A stretch of 64,000 nt of DNA from a bacterium (lineage in GTDB: Bacteria; Patescibacteriota; Minisyncoccia; Phycocordibacterales; CAIZLB01), in assembly GCA_037142735.1 (NCBI GenBank), contig JBAXAB010000002.1:11988-75987 (forward strand), in the 5' to 3' direction. The notes under the pieces are model-generated. The model had not been told where the DNA came from. It saw only the letters and a program-made list of their open reading frames with translations, and did not search any database. Below, piece by piece: positions 8,278-17,635 of this stretch. A program made the translations under genes and the position numbers. Numbering within the stretch: the first letter of the stretch is position 1; each line of letters begins with the position of its first letter.

Positions 8278-10782
8278 TTATTTATTAAAGTCTTCCATTT
8301 CACCCCAGTTATCACCAACCTCGACTTCAGTAATTACAGGCACCCCGTGTGTTTCTTTTCCTTCAAAAACTGACTCCATAATTTTACGGATCTTTGGAAT
8401 AATTGTAGGTAACATTTTTTCTCTGACTTCATAAACCAACTCATCGTGCACTTGTAGAATTAGGCGGGCATCATCAAGCAGTTTTTCATTTTTTAAATAG
8501 TTGTGAACATTTTTCATCGCAATTTTAACAATGTCCCCTTCCGTCCCCTGAATTGGAGCATTTATAGCCATACGTTCGGCCATGGCACGGATAAAAGGCA
8601 GGGGTGATTTAAACCCTTGGAAATGACGGCGACGATCAAACATGGTTTCTGTAAAACCTTTTCGTTCAGCTTCTGCTTTGGTTTCATTCAAATAATGAGC
8701 CAGCCCTGGAAAGGTTTCAAAATAGGTATTGTAAAAGTCTTGAGCTTCTTCACGCGTGCCTCCTAGATTGGTTTTTAAAGCACTCACTCCCATTCCGTAT
8801 AATATTCCAAAATTAATCACCTTTGCTTTTCGGCGCATATCTTTTGTCACTTCCCCTTCCGGCACCTTGAAAACCTGAGAGGCCACACCGGTATGAATAT
8901 CAATTCCACTTTTAAACATCTGAATTAACTTTTCATCTTTTGACAACATGGCGGCTATACGCAGTTCAATTTGAGAATAATCTATAGCAACCAATTTGAA
9001 ACCTTTTTCAGCCACAAAAGCATTTCTGACCTTGCGACCCAGTTCTGTTTTGATCGGAATGTTTTGTAGATTAGGATCTTGAGAGGCCATACGTCCTGTG
9101 GTTGTTCCGGCTAGTAAAAAAGTCGCATGAAGCCTCCCGTCCTCTGCCACCAATGTTGGTATTGTGTCGATATAGGTTGAAAGAAGTTTTGCTAATTCAC
9201 GATATTCCAAAACAAAATCAATGATTGGGTGTTCACCACGCATTTTTTCCAACTCTGATTCCTTAGTAGACATGGCGCCGGTTGCTGTCTTTTTTATTTT
9301 TGATTTACCAGACTTTGCCCCGAGAGACAAAACATTAAACAAAATCTCACCGAGCTGTTTCGGTGAATTAATATTAAATTCATTTCCTGCCAGTTCCCAA
9401 ATTTTGGTTTCTAATTTTGAAAGCTGCCGATGGTATTCACCTGCTAAGATTTTTAAATACCCCACATCGATTTTTACTCCAACATCGTGCATAAGATTAA
9501 CAACTGGAATGAGAGGCCACTCTATTTCTTCGGCAACATGGAGCAGTTTTTGTTTTTCAAGATCAGCAATAATAACCTTCTCCGCTTCAGATAAAGTGTC
9601 TTTTTTTGTAAAGAACAACACATCCTCGACCGAAGGGTTGGTCTTGTTTGAATCGACCACCCACAAACCGACCGTCAGTTTCTGTGCAAGAAGTTGGTCA
9701 TCTTCACTCATCTTTATTGAATCATCGGGCTTAGGGGTGTCAGACCTATCTTCAACTTTCTTGATCACTTCATACCCCTTACCACCATTTTTTGTAAACA
9801 CCTCTTTTACCCTAGTGACCAGCGAGCGGAACTCAAACTCTCTAAAGAGACCTTCAACTTTTTCGATATTAACTTGGTCGATCCATTTTTTGTCAGGGAG
9901 TGAAAATGTAATTGGCGCGTCTCGACGAATAGTTGCCAACATCTTACTAAACCTTGCTTCCTCTTCCCCATTTTTTATTAAATCAAACATTCGATCTGTT
10001 AGACCAGAATCTTTTTTAAATTTTGCTTCGTCCTTTTTTAAAGCCTCGTACATAGCTTCTATTGTCTTGTACAAAGTAATTAACGTTGTTGCTGTTTTTT
10101 CACCGATTCCTTTTATACCAATAATATTATCCGACGGATCCCCTCTAAGACCTTTATAATCTGGTAAAGACAGTGGGGCAAAACCAAAACGTGACAATAC
10201 TGCAAGTTCGTCGTACACCACGACGTCTTTGATCCCCTTCTTTAAGGTGTACACAAGGACTTTGTCGCCATCAATTAACTGCATAGTATCCATGTCTCCT
10301 GAAGCAATAATAATTTTAATATCTGTTTCACCTTTTTTATTTGTTTCTGAAATCCTGTGAACAATCGTCCCCAACATATCGTCTGCCTCAAAACCTGGCA
10401 TGTCATACATTGGTACAGAAAACGCCTCAAAGATTTTTCTAGAATTTTTTAATTGTTCAACCAACGCATCATCAGTTTTTTGTCGAGTCCCTTTATAAGC
10501 CTCATATGCTTCATGTCGATATGTAGGCTGTGGAAGGTCATAACATGCAATCACAAAATCTGGATGAAACTTTTCAATGATTCCCATCAACATTGTTGAA
10601 AGCCCATAGAGCGCACCTGTTGGCATACCAGTACTGGAAGAAAAATCCGGCAAGGCGTGATAAGCGCGATGGATGATAGCGTGGGAATCCAAAAGGACGA
10701 GGGTCTGCGGTTCTGCCTTAGAAGAGAGGTTGTCTGTAAGCTTTTTGGATGATTTTTTATCAGTTTTTTTCATTACTACCAT
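8278..10782 (-). CDS. polA: DNA polymerase I
   Basis: 834 aa; N-terminal 5'-3' exonuclease/FEN domain and C-terminal family A polymerase motifs (DYSQIELRIAA, QVHDELVYEV). Confidence 0.9.
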   Translation of the reverse strand: MVVMKKTDKKSSKKLTDNLSSKAEPQTLVLLDSHAIIHRAYHALPDFSSSTGMPTGALYGLSTMLMGIIEKFHPDFVIACYDLPQPTYRHEAYEAYKGTRQKTDDALVEQLKNSRKIFEAFSVPMYDMPGFEADDMLGTIVHRISETNKKGETDIKIIIASGDMDTMQLIDGDKVLVYTLKKGIKDVVVYDELAVLSRFGFAPLSLPDYKGLRGDPSDNIIGIKGIGEKTATTLITLYKTIEAMYEALKKDEAKFKKDSGLTDRMFDLIKNGEEEARFSKMLATIRRDAPITFSLPDKKWIDQVNIEKVEGLFREFEFRSLVTRVKEVFTKNGGKGYEVIKKVEDRSDTPKPDDSIKMSEDDQLLAQKLTVGLWVVDSNKTNPSVEDVLFFTKKDTLSEAEKVIIADLEKQKLLHVAEEIEWPLIPVVNLMHDVGVKIDVGYLKILAGEYHRQLSKLETKIWELAGNEFNINSPKQLGEILFNVLSLGAKSGKSKIKKTATGAMSTKESELEKMRGEHPIIDFVLEYRELAKLLSTYIDTIPTLVAEDGRLHATFLLAGTTTGRMASQDPNLQNIPIKTELGRKVRNAFVAEKGFKLVAIDYSQIELRIAAMLSKDEKLIQMFKSGIDIHTGVASQVFKVPEGEVTKDMRRKAKVINFGILYGMGVSALKTNLGGTREEAQDFYNTYFETFPGLAHYLNETKAEAERKGFTETMFDRRRHFQGFKSPLPFIRAMAERMAINAPIQGTEGDIVKIAMKNVHNYLKNEKLLDDARLILQVHDELVYEVREKMLPTIIPKIRKIMESVFEGKETHGVPVITEVEVGDNWGEMEDFNK

Positions 10783-11252
10783 TGTACCTTACGAGTCGTT
10801 TCATCAACAAACTTGAAGAAAATCCATTTAGCATTGGCTGGAATTGCATCAGCCACCTTTTCTGGCCACTCTATAATCATGAGGTTTTTAGGGTCCTTTA
10901 GTAATTCATCAAACCCTAATGGGATTAATTCACCCAAACCCTCAATCCTATACATATCCACATGAATTATCTGTGAAATCTGTTTCAAGTTTTGATAACT
11001 GTTTTCAGTAATTTCATATCTTTTTTGTAACACAAACGTGGGGCTAGTGACATAATCAGTAATTTTAAAAATATTCGCAACCTGTTGAGTGAACGTAGTC
11101 TTGCCTGCTCCCAGATCACCAGAAAGACACAAAACTGTGGCACCAGCATTAGGGACACTGAGATCTTGTAGAAGACTGCGCGCAAAAACCTGCATTTCTT
11201 CAATACTTTTTATCTCTATTTCATTATTACATTTTACAATAAGATCGTTCAT
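10776..11252 (-). CDS. tsaE: tRNA threonylcarbamoyladenosine biosynthesis ATPase TsaE
   Basis: P-loop SGDLGAGKTTFTQ and YjeE/TsaE-like length; internal ATG (MNDLIV) chosen because a terminator hairpin lies at 11305-11337. Confidence 0.65.
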   Translation of the reverse strand: MNDLIVKCNNEIEIKSIEEMQVFARSLLQDLSVPNAGATVLCLSGDLGAGKTTFTQQVANIFKITDYVTSPTFVLQKRYEITENSYQNLKQISQIIHVDMYRIEGLGELIPLGFDELLKDPKNLMIIEWPEKVADAIPANAKWIFFKFVDETTRKVQW

Positions 11253-11304
11253 GGTTTTATTGTTTAATGATACTACAAGATAATCAACTTCTCGGCAAAA
11301 TCTG

Positions 11305-11337
11305 GCAACAAAAAAACGCAAACCGTCTGTTTGCGTT
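11305..11337 (-). terminator. rho-independent terminator
   Basis: minus-strand hairpin aacgcaaac-cagac-gtttgcgtt followed by a T7 run; downstream of the L,D-transpeptidase gene. Confidence 0.5.
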
Positions 11338-11429
11338 ATGAATCATATGAATCAAATGAACTTTTGGAAACACCCTCCTCCAGGGCCACGACCACACCCC
11401 TGCAGGGTGGGTCGTGGCTTCTTGGCTTA

Positions 11430-12326
11430 TCAAGGCATCACCATGTCCGGTATGCGAGGCATTTGCCGCTTTTCCAGTTCGGAATTCAGGACATCTGCGC
11501 TGATCGTGATAGCACAACCATCAAGGATGATACCAAACAAACGGTCCTTGACGATCTGCCCCCTCGGGACAGGACGGAACATCGGCTGAAAGGCCTTGGT
11601 ATGGGGGCTGGCAAGGAAAGCCCGGACCCGAGGATCGAGGCCGGTTAACCGGTACTCCCAAGTAAGGGCCGAGGAGTCCAAGATCAAGGCGATTATGTTG
11701 TTCGTGAGAACTCGATTTTCAACCTTGATGTCCCTACCGACAAGCGCATCGCCGTAGGGTCTTGCTAAAGGACTCAGGAATTCGCACACACCCTCGAGAC
11801 CTTTCGGCTTTTGGACGGCGAAGTAAACCCTGAGACCACCCTTGTTCTTCTGTGCGTCTGCACCGAGAAGCCCTGTAGGGAACTCCTGCCTGACCTCGAT
11901 GGTGTCACCCTTCTTGGCGATACTGTACAGCAACATGGCTGAGTACCAATCCAATCTGATGCAGCCGTGAGAACCTTCATCCCAATCCTTGTCGAGACCG
12001 AACAGTGTGCCCTGATGGATGCAAAACCCCCTGCCGCCCGAGAGGAGAAGGCACCAGAGCATGACCGCTCCGGGAAACTCCTGTGACACCCTTCTCAACA
12101 TTCTGTCTTCAACAAAATATGAGCCCTGGGGTGTCGGCAAACTACCTCTGCCTGTTGTTGTAGGACACACCATCATCACAACGCCTTCAGCGTTCACGTA
12201 GCAGAGCCTTTGCTCTTGCAAGCTGATGATAATGCGACCCGTCTTTTTACCTGCCATGCCGTTGCTGCCCGCCTCTGCATTGAATGCAAGGCACAGCACT
12301 AACCAGAAGGTCAGTATTTTTTTCAT
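11430..12326 (-). CDS. L,D-transpeptidase (YkuD domain) with signal peptide
   Basis: 299 aa from MKKILTFWLVLCLAFNAEAG; catalytic motif GSHGCIRL; lies in the GC-rich island. Confidence 0.6.
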   Translation of the reverse strand: MKKILTFWLVLCLAFNAEAGSNGMAGKKTGRIIISLQEQRLCYVNAEGVVMMVCPTTTGRGSLPTPQGSYFVEDRMLRRVSQEFPGAVMLWCLLLSGGRGFCIHQGTLFGLDKDWDEGSHGCIRLDWYSAMLLYSIAKKGDTIEVRQEFPTGLLGADAQKNKGGLRVYFAVQKPKGLEGVCEFLSPLARPYGDALVGRDIKVENRVLTNNIIALILDSSALTWEYRLTGLDPRVRAFLASPHTKAFQPMFRPVPRGQIVKDRLFGIILDGCAITISADVLNSELEKRQMPRIPDMVMP

Positions 12327-12560
12327 TTGTTTTAAAGGGCTGCGATGTACCAAGACAGATTCACTAGAATTTGCCTTGTAACACCTGGTTAAACTCAGAT
12401 CTAATTATACAATAGATAATAGCCTTATGTCAATATTAAAATTTAAACAATAGAAAAGGCCCTGGGTGCACTTCGTTTCGCCTTGCGGCTAACGAGAGTG
12501 CATTCCAGGACCTTGTTTTGCTTCACAGAGTGGATCGAGGGTGAAGCTTCCTCTTTGTCG

Positions 12561-13178
12561 CTATTGTCCGAGCGCGACTACGCCCCCCCCGTTACGCTGG
12601 AGGAATCGGGTTCCGGCTTCGGAACCTGCAGCCCTCTTCGTTGCCGTCGAGCCCCGCGTGTTGTTGTACGCGTTCTCTGCTGACCGGATTGCACCCGTGT
12701 ACAGATCAGGACGAAGGTGTTTCTTCCCGTCGAGACCCATGACAGCGACGCTGTCTGGGTACCCGCTGATGAAGACCTTCGTGGTGCCGTTCGTGTTCTG
12801 GTAAGGAATCACGGGTTGCGCGACTGGGACGTCGGGTTGCGGCGCCGGCAGCATCTGGGATCCGGGGATCTCGATGGGCACGAAGCTGGCCTGCCGATTG
12901 CTGCAGCATCCGAAGACCGCGCAGGCGATCCCGATCAAGGCGATGATGCCCAAGATCGCGAGGAGTGCGTACCAGACGTTTTTCCATCCGGTCCATGCGC
13001 AGGCCTGCGGGCAGGGCTGCGCGGCGGCGGCTGGAGCGCCTGCGGGTGCAGGTGCACCGGCGGGAGCTCCGGGAGCGGCTCCGACTCCGGTGGCGGACAA
13101 ACCCGTGAGGGTTGCCGTTCCGTTGCCGTTCCCGGTGGACGTGATAGCGGTGATGTCGAACTGTGCGTTGATTTTCAT
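12561..13178 (-). CDS. hypothetical Pro/Ala-rich membrane protein
   Basis: 205-aa ORF with PGAPAGAPAPAGAP low-complexity tract and one central TM helix; GC-rich, so frame choice is uncertain. Overlapping ORFs in other frames look like GC-driven artefacts. Confidence 0.35.
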   Translation of the reverse strand: MKINAQFDITAITSTGNGNGTATLTGLSATGVGAAPGAPAGAPAPAGAPAAAAQPCPQACAWTGWKNVWYALLAILGIIALIGIACAVFGCCSNRQASFVPIEIPGSQMLPAPQPDVPVAQPVIPYQNTNGTTKVFISGYPDSVAVMGLDGKKHLRPDLYTGAIRSAENAYNNTRGSTATKRAAGSEAGTRFLQRNGGGVVALGQ

Positions 13179-13198
13179 GGTGTTTTTGTTTTCTGAGT

Positions 13199-13259
13199 GT
13201 TGTTATCTGCAAAAAATAGCTTTAAGGCTTATTTATAGCCACTTTTTGCAGATAACAAC
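13199..13259. repeat. perfect 17-bp inverted repeat (gttgttatctgcaaaaa / tttttgcagataacaac) with 27-nt spacer
   Basis: read directly; 20 nt upstream of the minus-strand ORF start at 13178 and at the GC-rich/AT-rich boundary. Confidence 0.55.
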
Positions 13260-13516
13260 TAAACCCTTTCGAAACCTCCTCTACCTTGAAAATCTCTTGT
13301 AAGTAACTTTATCTGGTATTAGTATAGCATACTATCCTATCCTGTCAAGTACCCCCTTCCCGCCATGTTTTATGTGTGTTTTTGTTGTTTTTTGTACGTA
13401 AATGATCCTATCAATTCAATACCAAATCTTTTAAAAAAATTTAACATAAAAAAATAAAAAATTTATCACCATTTTTAATAGCTCACGTTACGATAATCAA
13501 GTATAATGTTTTTGAA

Positions 13517-15196
13517 ATGATCAAGTTCGACGAAGATAAACAAAATCAAAAAATACGAGAGCTCCGAATCAAAGAAGAAGAGCAGTCTGCACAACTCATT
13601 GCTGATAGATATGGTATTGCATACATCGACCTCACCAGAGTTCCGATCAACACAGATGCGCTTCGACTTATAGTAGAGGATGAGGCACGTGAAAACAAAT
13701 TAGCAGTTTTCGACATAGTGGGTAGAAAAATATCGGTGGCCATTCATTCCCCTACCGATGAAAAAATAAAACAATCAATTGAAGTCTTAGCGAAAAAAGG
13801 TTATGCCCCAACCTTATTTATGACATCAATTATTAGTTTAGAAAAAGCGTGGGACAGATACAAAGATCTTTCTTTTGCTTTTGAGACCGAGGCTGGATCG
13901 CTGGATATTTCAAGTGATGAAATTGAAAAGTTAATTGAAAAGTCGCACAAAATGCCAGACGTCATCGCTCTTTTGAACGAAGCGATGCAGATGAAGAAAA
14001 GTCATCGCACCTCACAATTGCTGGCTATCATGATGGCAGGTGCCTTGGCAACAAAAGCCTCAGACCTTCACATTGAACCAGAAGAAGACCACGCTCGCCT
14101 TCGCTACAGACTAGACGGTGTGTTAATCGAGACTGTTCAGTTCGATTTGGATACTTATAATTTATTATTGTCTCGTTTAAAATTACTTTCAGGCTTGAAA
14201 CTCAACATTAAAGAGAACTCTCAAGACGGACGCTTCACTGTAAAAATTTACACAAATGATATTGAAATTCGTACTTCAACCATTCCTGGTTCATATGGAG
14301 AATCAGTGGTAATGCGAGTCTTAAACCCTTCAAGCATCTCTGTGGGTATTGAAGATTTAGGAATGCCAACAAAACTTTATAATTTAATTCAAGCAGAAAT
14401 TAATCGACCGAGCGGTATGATTTTAACTACAGGACCAACTGGTTCCGGCAAAACCACAACCTTGTATGCCTTTTTAAGAAAAGTAACAAATACTGAAACA
14501 AAAATAATCACCATCGAAGACCCGGTTGAATACCACCTGCCCGGAGTTGTTCAAACGCAAGTAGAAGAAAAAAAGGGTTACACCTTTGAATCCGGATTGC
14601 GTTCTGCTATGCGACAAGATCCTGACATTATCATGGTGGGTGAAATCCGAGATGGCGAGACGGCAAACACTGCTATCCAAGCGTCTCTTACTGGTCACTT
14701 GGTTTTTTCTACCCTTCACACAAACAGTGCGGCGGGAACATACACTCGATTGGTGGATTTGGGCGCTGACCCAAAGGTTTTAACTTCTGCCATTCATGTG
14801 GCCCTTGCGCAACGATTGGTCCGAATTTTATGTAAAAAATGTGCCAAGAAAATTCCGGTGCCAGAAATCAGAAACAAATTAATTGATGACGTTATTGCCT
14901 CATTGGTTGGGCTAGACGAAGCCTCTGAATTTCCCACTAGACCAACAGAGATCTGGCAGGCAGTTGGATGTGATGCTTGTAATACCACAGGATATAAAGG
15001 ACGAATCGGGGTATTTGAAGCAATCTTCTCAGACCAATCAATTGAGCAAATTATTCGTGAAAGCCCTAGTGAAAGAGAGATAAAAGAGGTTGCAAAAAAA
15101 CAAGGAATCATCGATATGAAGCAAGATGGTGTTTTAAAGGTGCTACGCGGGGTTACTACTTTTGAAGAATTGGAACGTGTGGTTGATTTGGTTTAG
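13517..15196 (+). CDS. pilB: type IV pilus assembly / type II secretion ATPase (PilB/GspE family)
   Basis: 559 aa; Walker A GPTGSGKTTTLYA, Asp box, His box and C-terminal tetracysteine (CKKC...CDAC); -10 TATAAT at about 13500. Confidence 0.85.
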   Translation: MIKFDEDKQNQKIRELRIKEEEQSAQLIADRYGIAYIDLTRVPINTDALRLIVEDEARENKLAVFDIVGRKISVAIHSPTDEKIKQSIEVLAKKGYAPTLFMTSIISLEKAWDRYKDLSFAFETEAGSLDISSDEIEKLIEKSHKMPDVIALLNEAMQMKKSHRTSQLLAIMMAGALATKASDLHIEPEEDHARLRYRLDGVLIETVQFDLDTYNLLLSRLKLLSGLKLNIKENSQDGRFTVKIYTNDIEIRTSTIPGSYGESVVMRVLNPSSISVGIEDLGMPTKLYNLIQAEINRPSGMILTTGPTGSGKTTTLYAFLRKVTNTETKIITIEDPVEYHLPGVVQTQVEEKKGYTFESGLRSAMRQDPDIIMVGEIRDGETANTAIQASLTGHLVFSTLHTNSAAGTYTRLVDLGADPKVLTSAIHVALAQRLVRILCKKCAKKIPVPEIRNKLIDDVIASLVGLDEASEFPTRPTEIWQAVGCDACNTTGYKGRIGVFEAIFSDQSIEQIIRESPSEREIKEVAKKQGIIDMKQDGVLKVLRGVTTFEELERVVDLV

Positions 15197-15294
15197 TTAT
15201 TACCTGTTTATACAAAGTTTTACACTTAGTTATCAAGGTTTTTGGGTGGTTATTACACAACCCTTACACAACCAGACCACAGTCTATAAACATT

Positions 15295-15315
15295 TTATCC
15301 ACATATTTATCCACG
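15295..15315. promoter_or_regulatory. two tandem DnaA-box-like 9-mers (TTATCCACA, TTATCCACG)
   Basis: direct sequence match to the DnaA box consensus, 12 nt apart, in the pilB-ruvB spacer. Confidence 0.3.
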
Positions 15316-15321
15316 TCACGT

Positions 15322-15357
15322 AAAGAGCCCTACTGTCAATTGACAGTAGGGCTCTTT
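15322..15357. terminator. 36-nt perfect palindrome (terminator-like hairpin or operator)
   Basis: aaagagccctactgtcaa/ttgacagtagggctcttt; downstream of pilB; no strong T-run. Confidence 0.45.
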
Positions 15358-15428
15358 CGGCGCTATTGTGTAAGAAGTTCTTTTCACTCTTCTTAACAAG
15401 GCTCTCAACTATTTCAGAAACAGGTCTT

Positions 15429-15578
15429 TGAATTTCTAAGCAATGCTTTCAATTATAAAATCGGAAGCCCAATGAGCCTCCAAGGATAGCTCCAGTACAT
15501 CACCGTAAGGTGATAACCAGATCGTCCTTTAAGAAACATCGATACACCGCGGGACGGTGGTATTGCTTAGAAATTCAA
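15429..15578. other. 150-bp element bounded by 17-bp perfect inverted repeats (structured ncRNA or MITE-like)
   Basis: ttgaatttctaagcaat ... attgcttagaaattcaa, 116 nt apart; interior has GNRA-capped short hairpins (tcacc-gtaa-ggtga; caccg-cggga-cggtg). Confidence 0.3.
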
Positions 15579-15685
15579 GGAACCGTTGAAAAAAGAAAGT
15601 GCACACAATATCTCAAAGTCTTCCGAAAGTACAAAGGATATCATGCGCACAACTACGAACAATAGGTTAACATGATCTATATTTT

Positions 15686-16690
15686 ATGTCAAGTACACCC
15701 GATAAACAACCAATAGAAGAGCGCGCCTTGGATCAGACCCTCCGACCCAACACCTTTAATGATTATATTGGTCAGGAAAACATCAAAGACAACCTGCACA
15801 TCCTTCTGACTGCAGCAAAACAAAGGAATCACCCACCGGAACACGTACTTTTTTATGGCCCGCCAGGACTTGGAAAAACAACACTTGCTTACCTCATTTC
15901 AAAAGAGATTAATGCTCAAATAAAGGTCACTTCTGGTCCAGCCATTGAACGCGTCGGCGACCTTGCTTCTGTGTTAACCAACCTTTCACCAGGGGATATT
16001 TTATTTATAGATGAAATACACAGGTTAAACAAAACCGTTGAAGAGGTTCTCTACCCCGCCATGGAGTCAGGACAAATTGATATCATTATCGGCAAAGGCC
16101 CGTCAGCAAGAACCATTCAACTGGACTTGCCACCCTTCACTCTTCTTGCGGCAACAACAAGAATCGCAATGATCTCATCCCCTCTGCGTTCAAGATTCTC
16201 TGGTGGCGTGTTTCGTTTAGAGTTTTATACAGAAAGCGAAATTGCAAAAATCGTAAGTCGCTCAGCCAAACTGCTTGGGATAAATATTGCTGATGAAGCG
16301 GTTAACGAAATCTCAAGACGCAGCAGATCAACACCACGAACTGCGAACTATCTATTGAAACGATGTAGAGATTTTGCACAAGTAAGAGGCACAGACTTAA
16401 CAAAATCAGTTATTGACGAAGCTTTGTCTATGTTAAGCATTGACCACAAAGGCCTTGCCTTATCTGATCGAAAAATTCTTCAGACGGTGATTGAAAAGTA
16501 TAACGGAGGCCCTGTTGGATTAAACACCATCGCAGCATCCCTTGCTGAAGACCAAGCAACCATCGAAGAGTTCAACGAGCCGTATCTAATACAAATTGGC
16601 TTTATTGAGAGAACTCCCCGTGGAAGAATAGTAACTAAGGCGGGTTACGACCATCTTGGAATACCCTATCCGACTGAAAAGTTACTATGA
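15686..16690 (+). CDS. ruvB: Holliday junction DNA helicase RuvB
   Basis: AAA+ Walker A GPPGLGKTTLA, sensor motifs, winged-helix C-terminus. Confidence 0.9.
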   Translation: MSSTPDKQPIEERALDQTLRPNTFNDYIGQENIKDNLHILLTAAKQRNHPPEHVLFYGPPGLGKTTLAYLISKEINAQIKVTSGPAIERVGDLASVLTNLSPGDILFIDEIHRLNKTVEEVLYPAMESGQIDIIIGKGPSARTIQLDLPPFTLLAATTRIAMISSPLRSRFSGGVFRLEFYTESEIAKIVSRSAKLLGINIADEAVNEISRRSRSTPRTANYLLKRCRDFAQVRGTDLTKSVIDEALSMLSIDHKGLALSDRKILQTVIEKYNGGPVGLNTIAASLAEDQATIEEFNEPYLIQIGFIERTPRGRIVTKAGYDHLGIPYPTEKLL

Positions 16691-17184
16691 TTATTCTTGC
16701 TATTGATCCAGGATATGAAAGATTGGGAATTGCTGTGGTAGAAAAAACCCACACCAAAAAAGAAACCGTTTTGTTTTCAGAATGCTTCAGAACTTCTTCT
16801 AAATTGGATTTTTATGAGCGACTCCTTTTGATTGGTGACAGGGTTTTAGAAATTATAAAAAATTATTCCCCTTCATCACTTTCGATCGAGAATCTTTTCA
16901 TCAGCAACAACCAAAAAACAGCAATGCGTGTGTCTGAGGTACGTGGTTCAATTATTTTTCTAGCAAAAAAACAAGGATTGACCATTTATGAAATGACACC
17001 TCTCCAAATAAAATCAGCCGTCACAGGAAATGGAAAAAGCAGCAAAGTAGAAATGATAAAAATGGTCGGACTCCTTACTAAAAATTCTTTAAAAACCCTT
17101 AAAAGCCAACCTCTTTTGGACGACGAGTTTGATGCTATTGCGATTGGTTTAGCCTATTTTGCATACAACAAATTACCGATATAA
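16687..17184 (+). CDS. ruvC: crossover junction endodeoxyribonuclease RuvC
   Basis: MIILAIDPGYERLGIAVV RNase H-fold start; overlaps the ruvB stop by 4 nt. Confidence 0.85.
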   Translation: MIILAIDPGYERLGIAVVEKTHTKKETVLFSECFRTSSKLDFYERLLLIGDRVLEIIKNYSPSSLSIENLFISNNQKTAMRVSEVRGSIIFLAKKQGLTIYEMTPLQIKSAVTGNGKSSKVEMIKMVGLLTKNSLKTLKSQPLLDDEFDAIAIGLAYFAYNKLPI

Positions 17185-17271
17185 AACTTATTCACAATAA
17201 TTTTTCTTGCATATTTATGTGAGTATGTTAGATATATTCAACATAACAGCCAATATTGAAAAATCGGGTTT

Positions 17272-17634
17272 ATGAAAAGCAAAAAAGTGGATCAACAAAA
17301 CAACAAAAAAAGTAAAAAAAATAAAGACGCCGAAGAAGAAGTTTCTGACAAAATTTTAGTCGACGATAAAGAGGTGGATGAGGACCATCCTGAAAACCCA
17401 GGAGTTCCCCTTTCAGAAGAAGCCGCGGACGCTCAATTAAACCCGGAAGTTTTGGCTGGCGCTGAAGAAGAACACTCAGAACTTCCAGACGAAGTTGGCT
17501 TTGATGATTTAACAGATGATGAGAGAGAAATGTTGGGCCTTGAAGCAAAACCTAAGGCTGTATCTGAAGATGGTGAAGAGGAAGCCGGAACTAGTTGGGA
17601 AGAGTTCGGTTACGACGAAGAAGAACTACAGTAG
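17272..17634 (+). CDS. hypothetical highly acidic protein
   Basis: 120 aa, Asp/Glu-rich with basic N-terminus; the antisense ORF 17270-17548 looks spurious. Confidence 0.4.
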   Translation: MKSKKVDQQNNKKSKKNKDAEEEVSDKILVDDKEVDEDHPENPGVPLSEEAADAQLNPEVLAGAEEEHSELPDEVGFDDLTDDEREMLGLEAKPKAVSEDGEEEAGTSWEEFGYDEEELQ

Positions 17635-17635
17635 T

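Noticed and set aside
9221-10159. 312-aa plus-strand ORF inside polA (similar antisense ORFs lie inside uvrD, virB4-like, cca, rny, nusA and others)
   Set aside because: Antisense to well-supported conserved genes, Ser/Phe/Leu-rich composition typical of AT-rich antisense frames, no motifs
10776-11321. Longer tsaE start at 11321
   Set aside because: Would place a hairpin plus T-run terminator (11305-11337) inside the coding region; ATG at 11252 gives a canonical TsaE N-terminus
12483-13302. Multiple long ORFs in other frames/strands of the GC-rich island (e.g. 12706-13212 minus, Arg/Ser-rich; 12717-13196 and 12874-13302 plus)
   Set aside because: Typical GC-rich open-frame artefacts with low-complexity Arg/Gly/Ala composition; only one frame per locus can be real, and the minus-strand 12561-13178 frame has a TM helix and sensible start context
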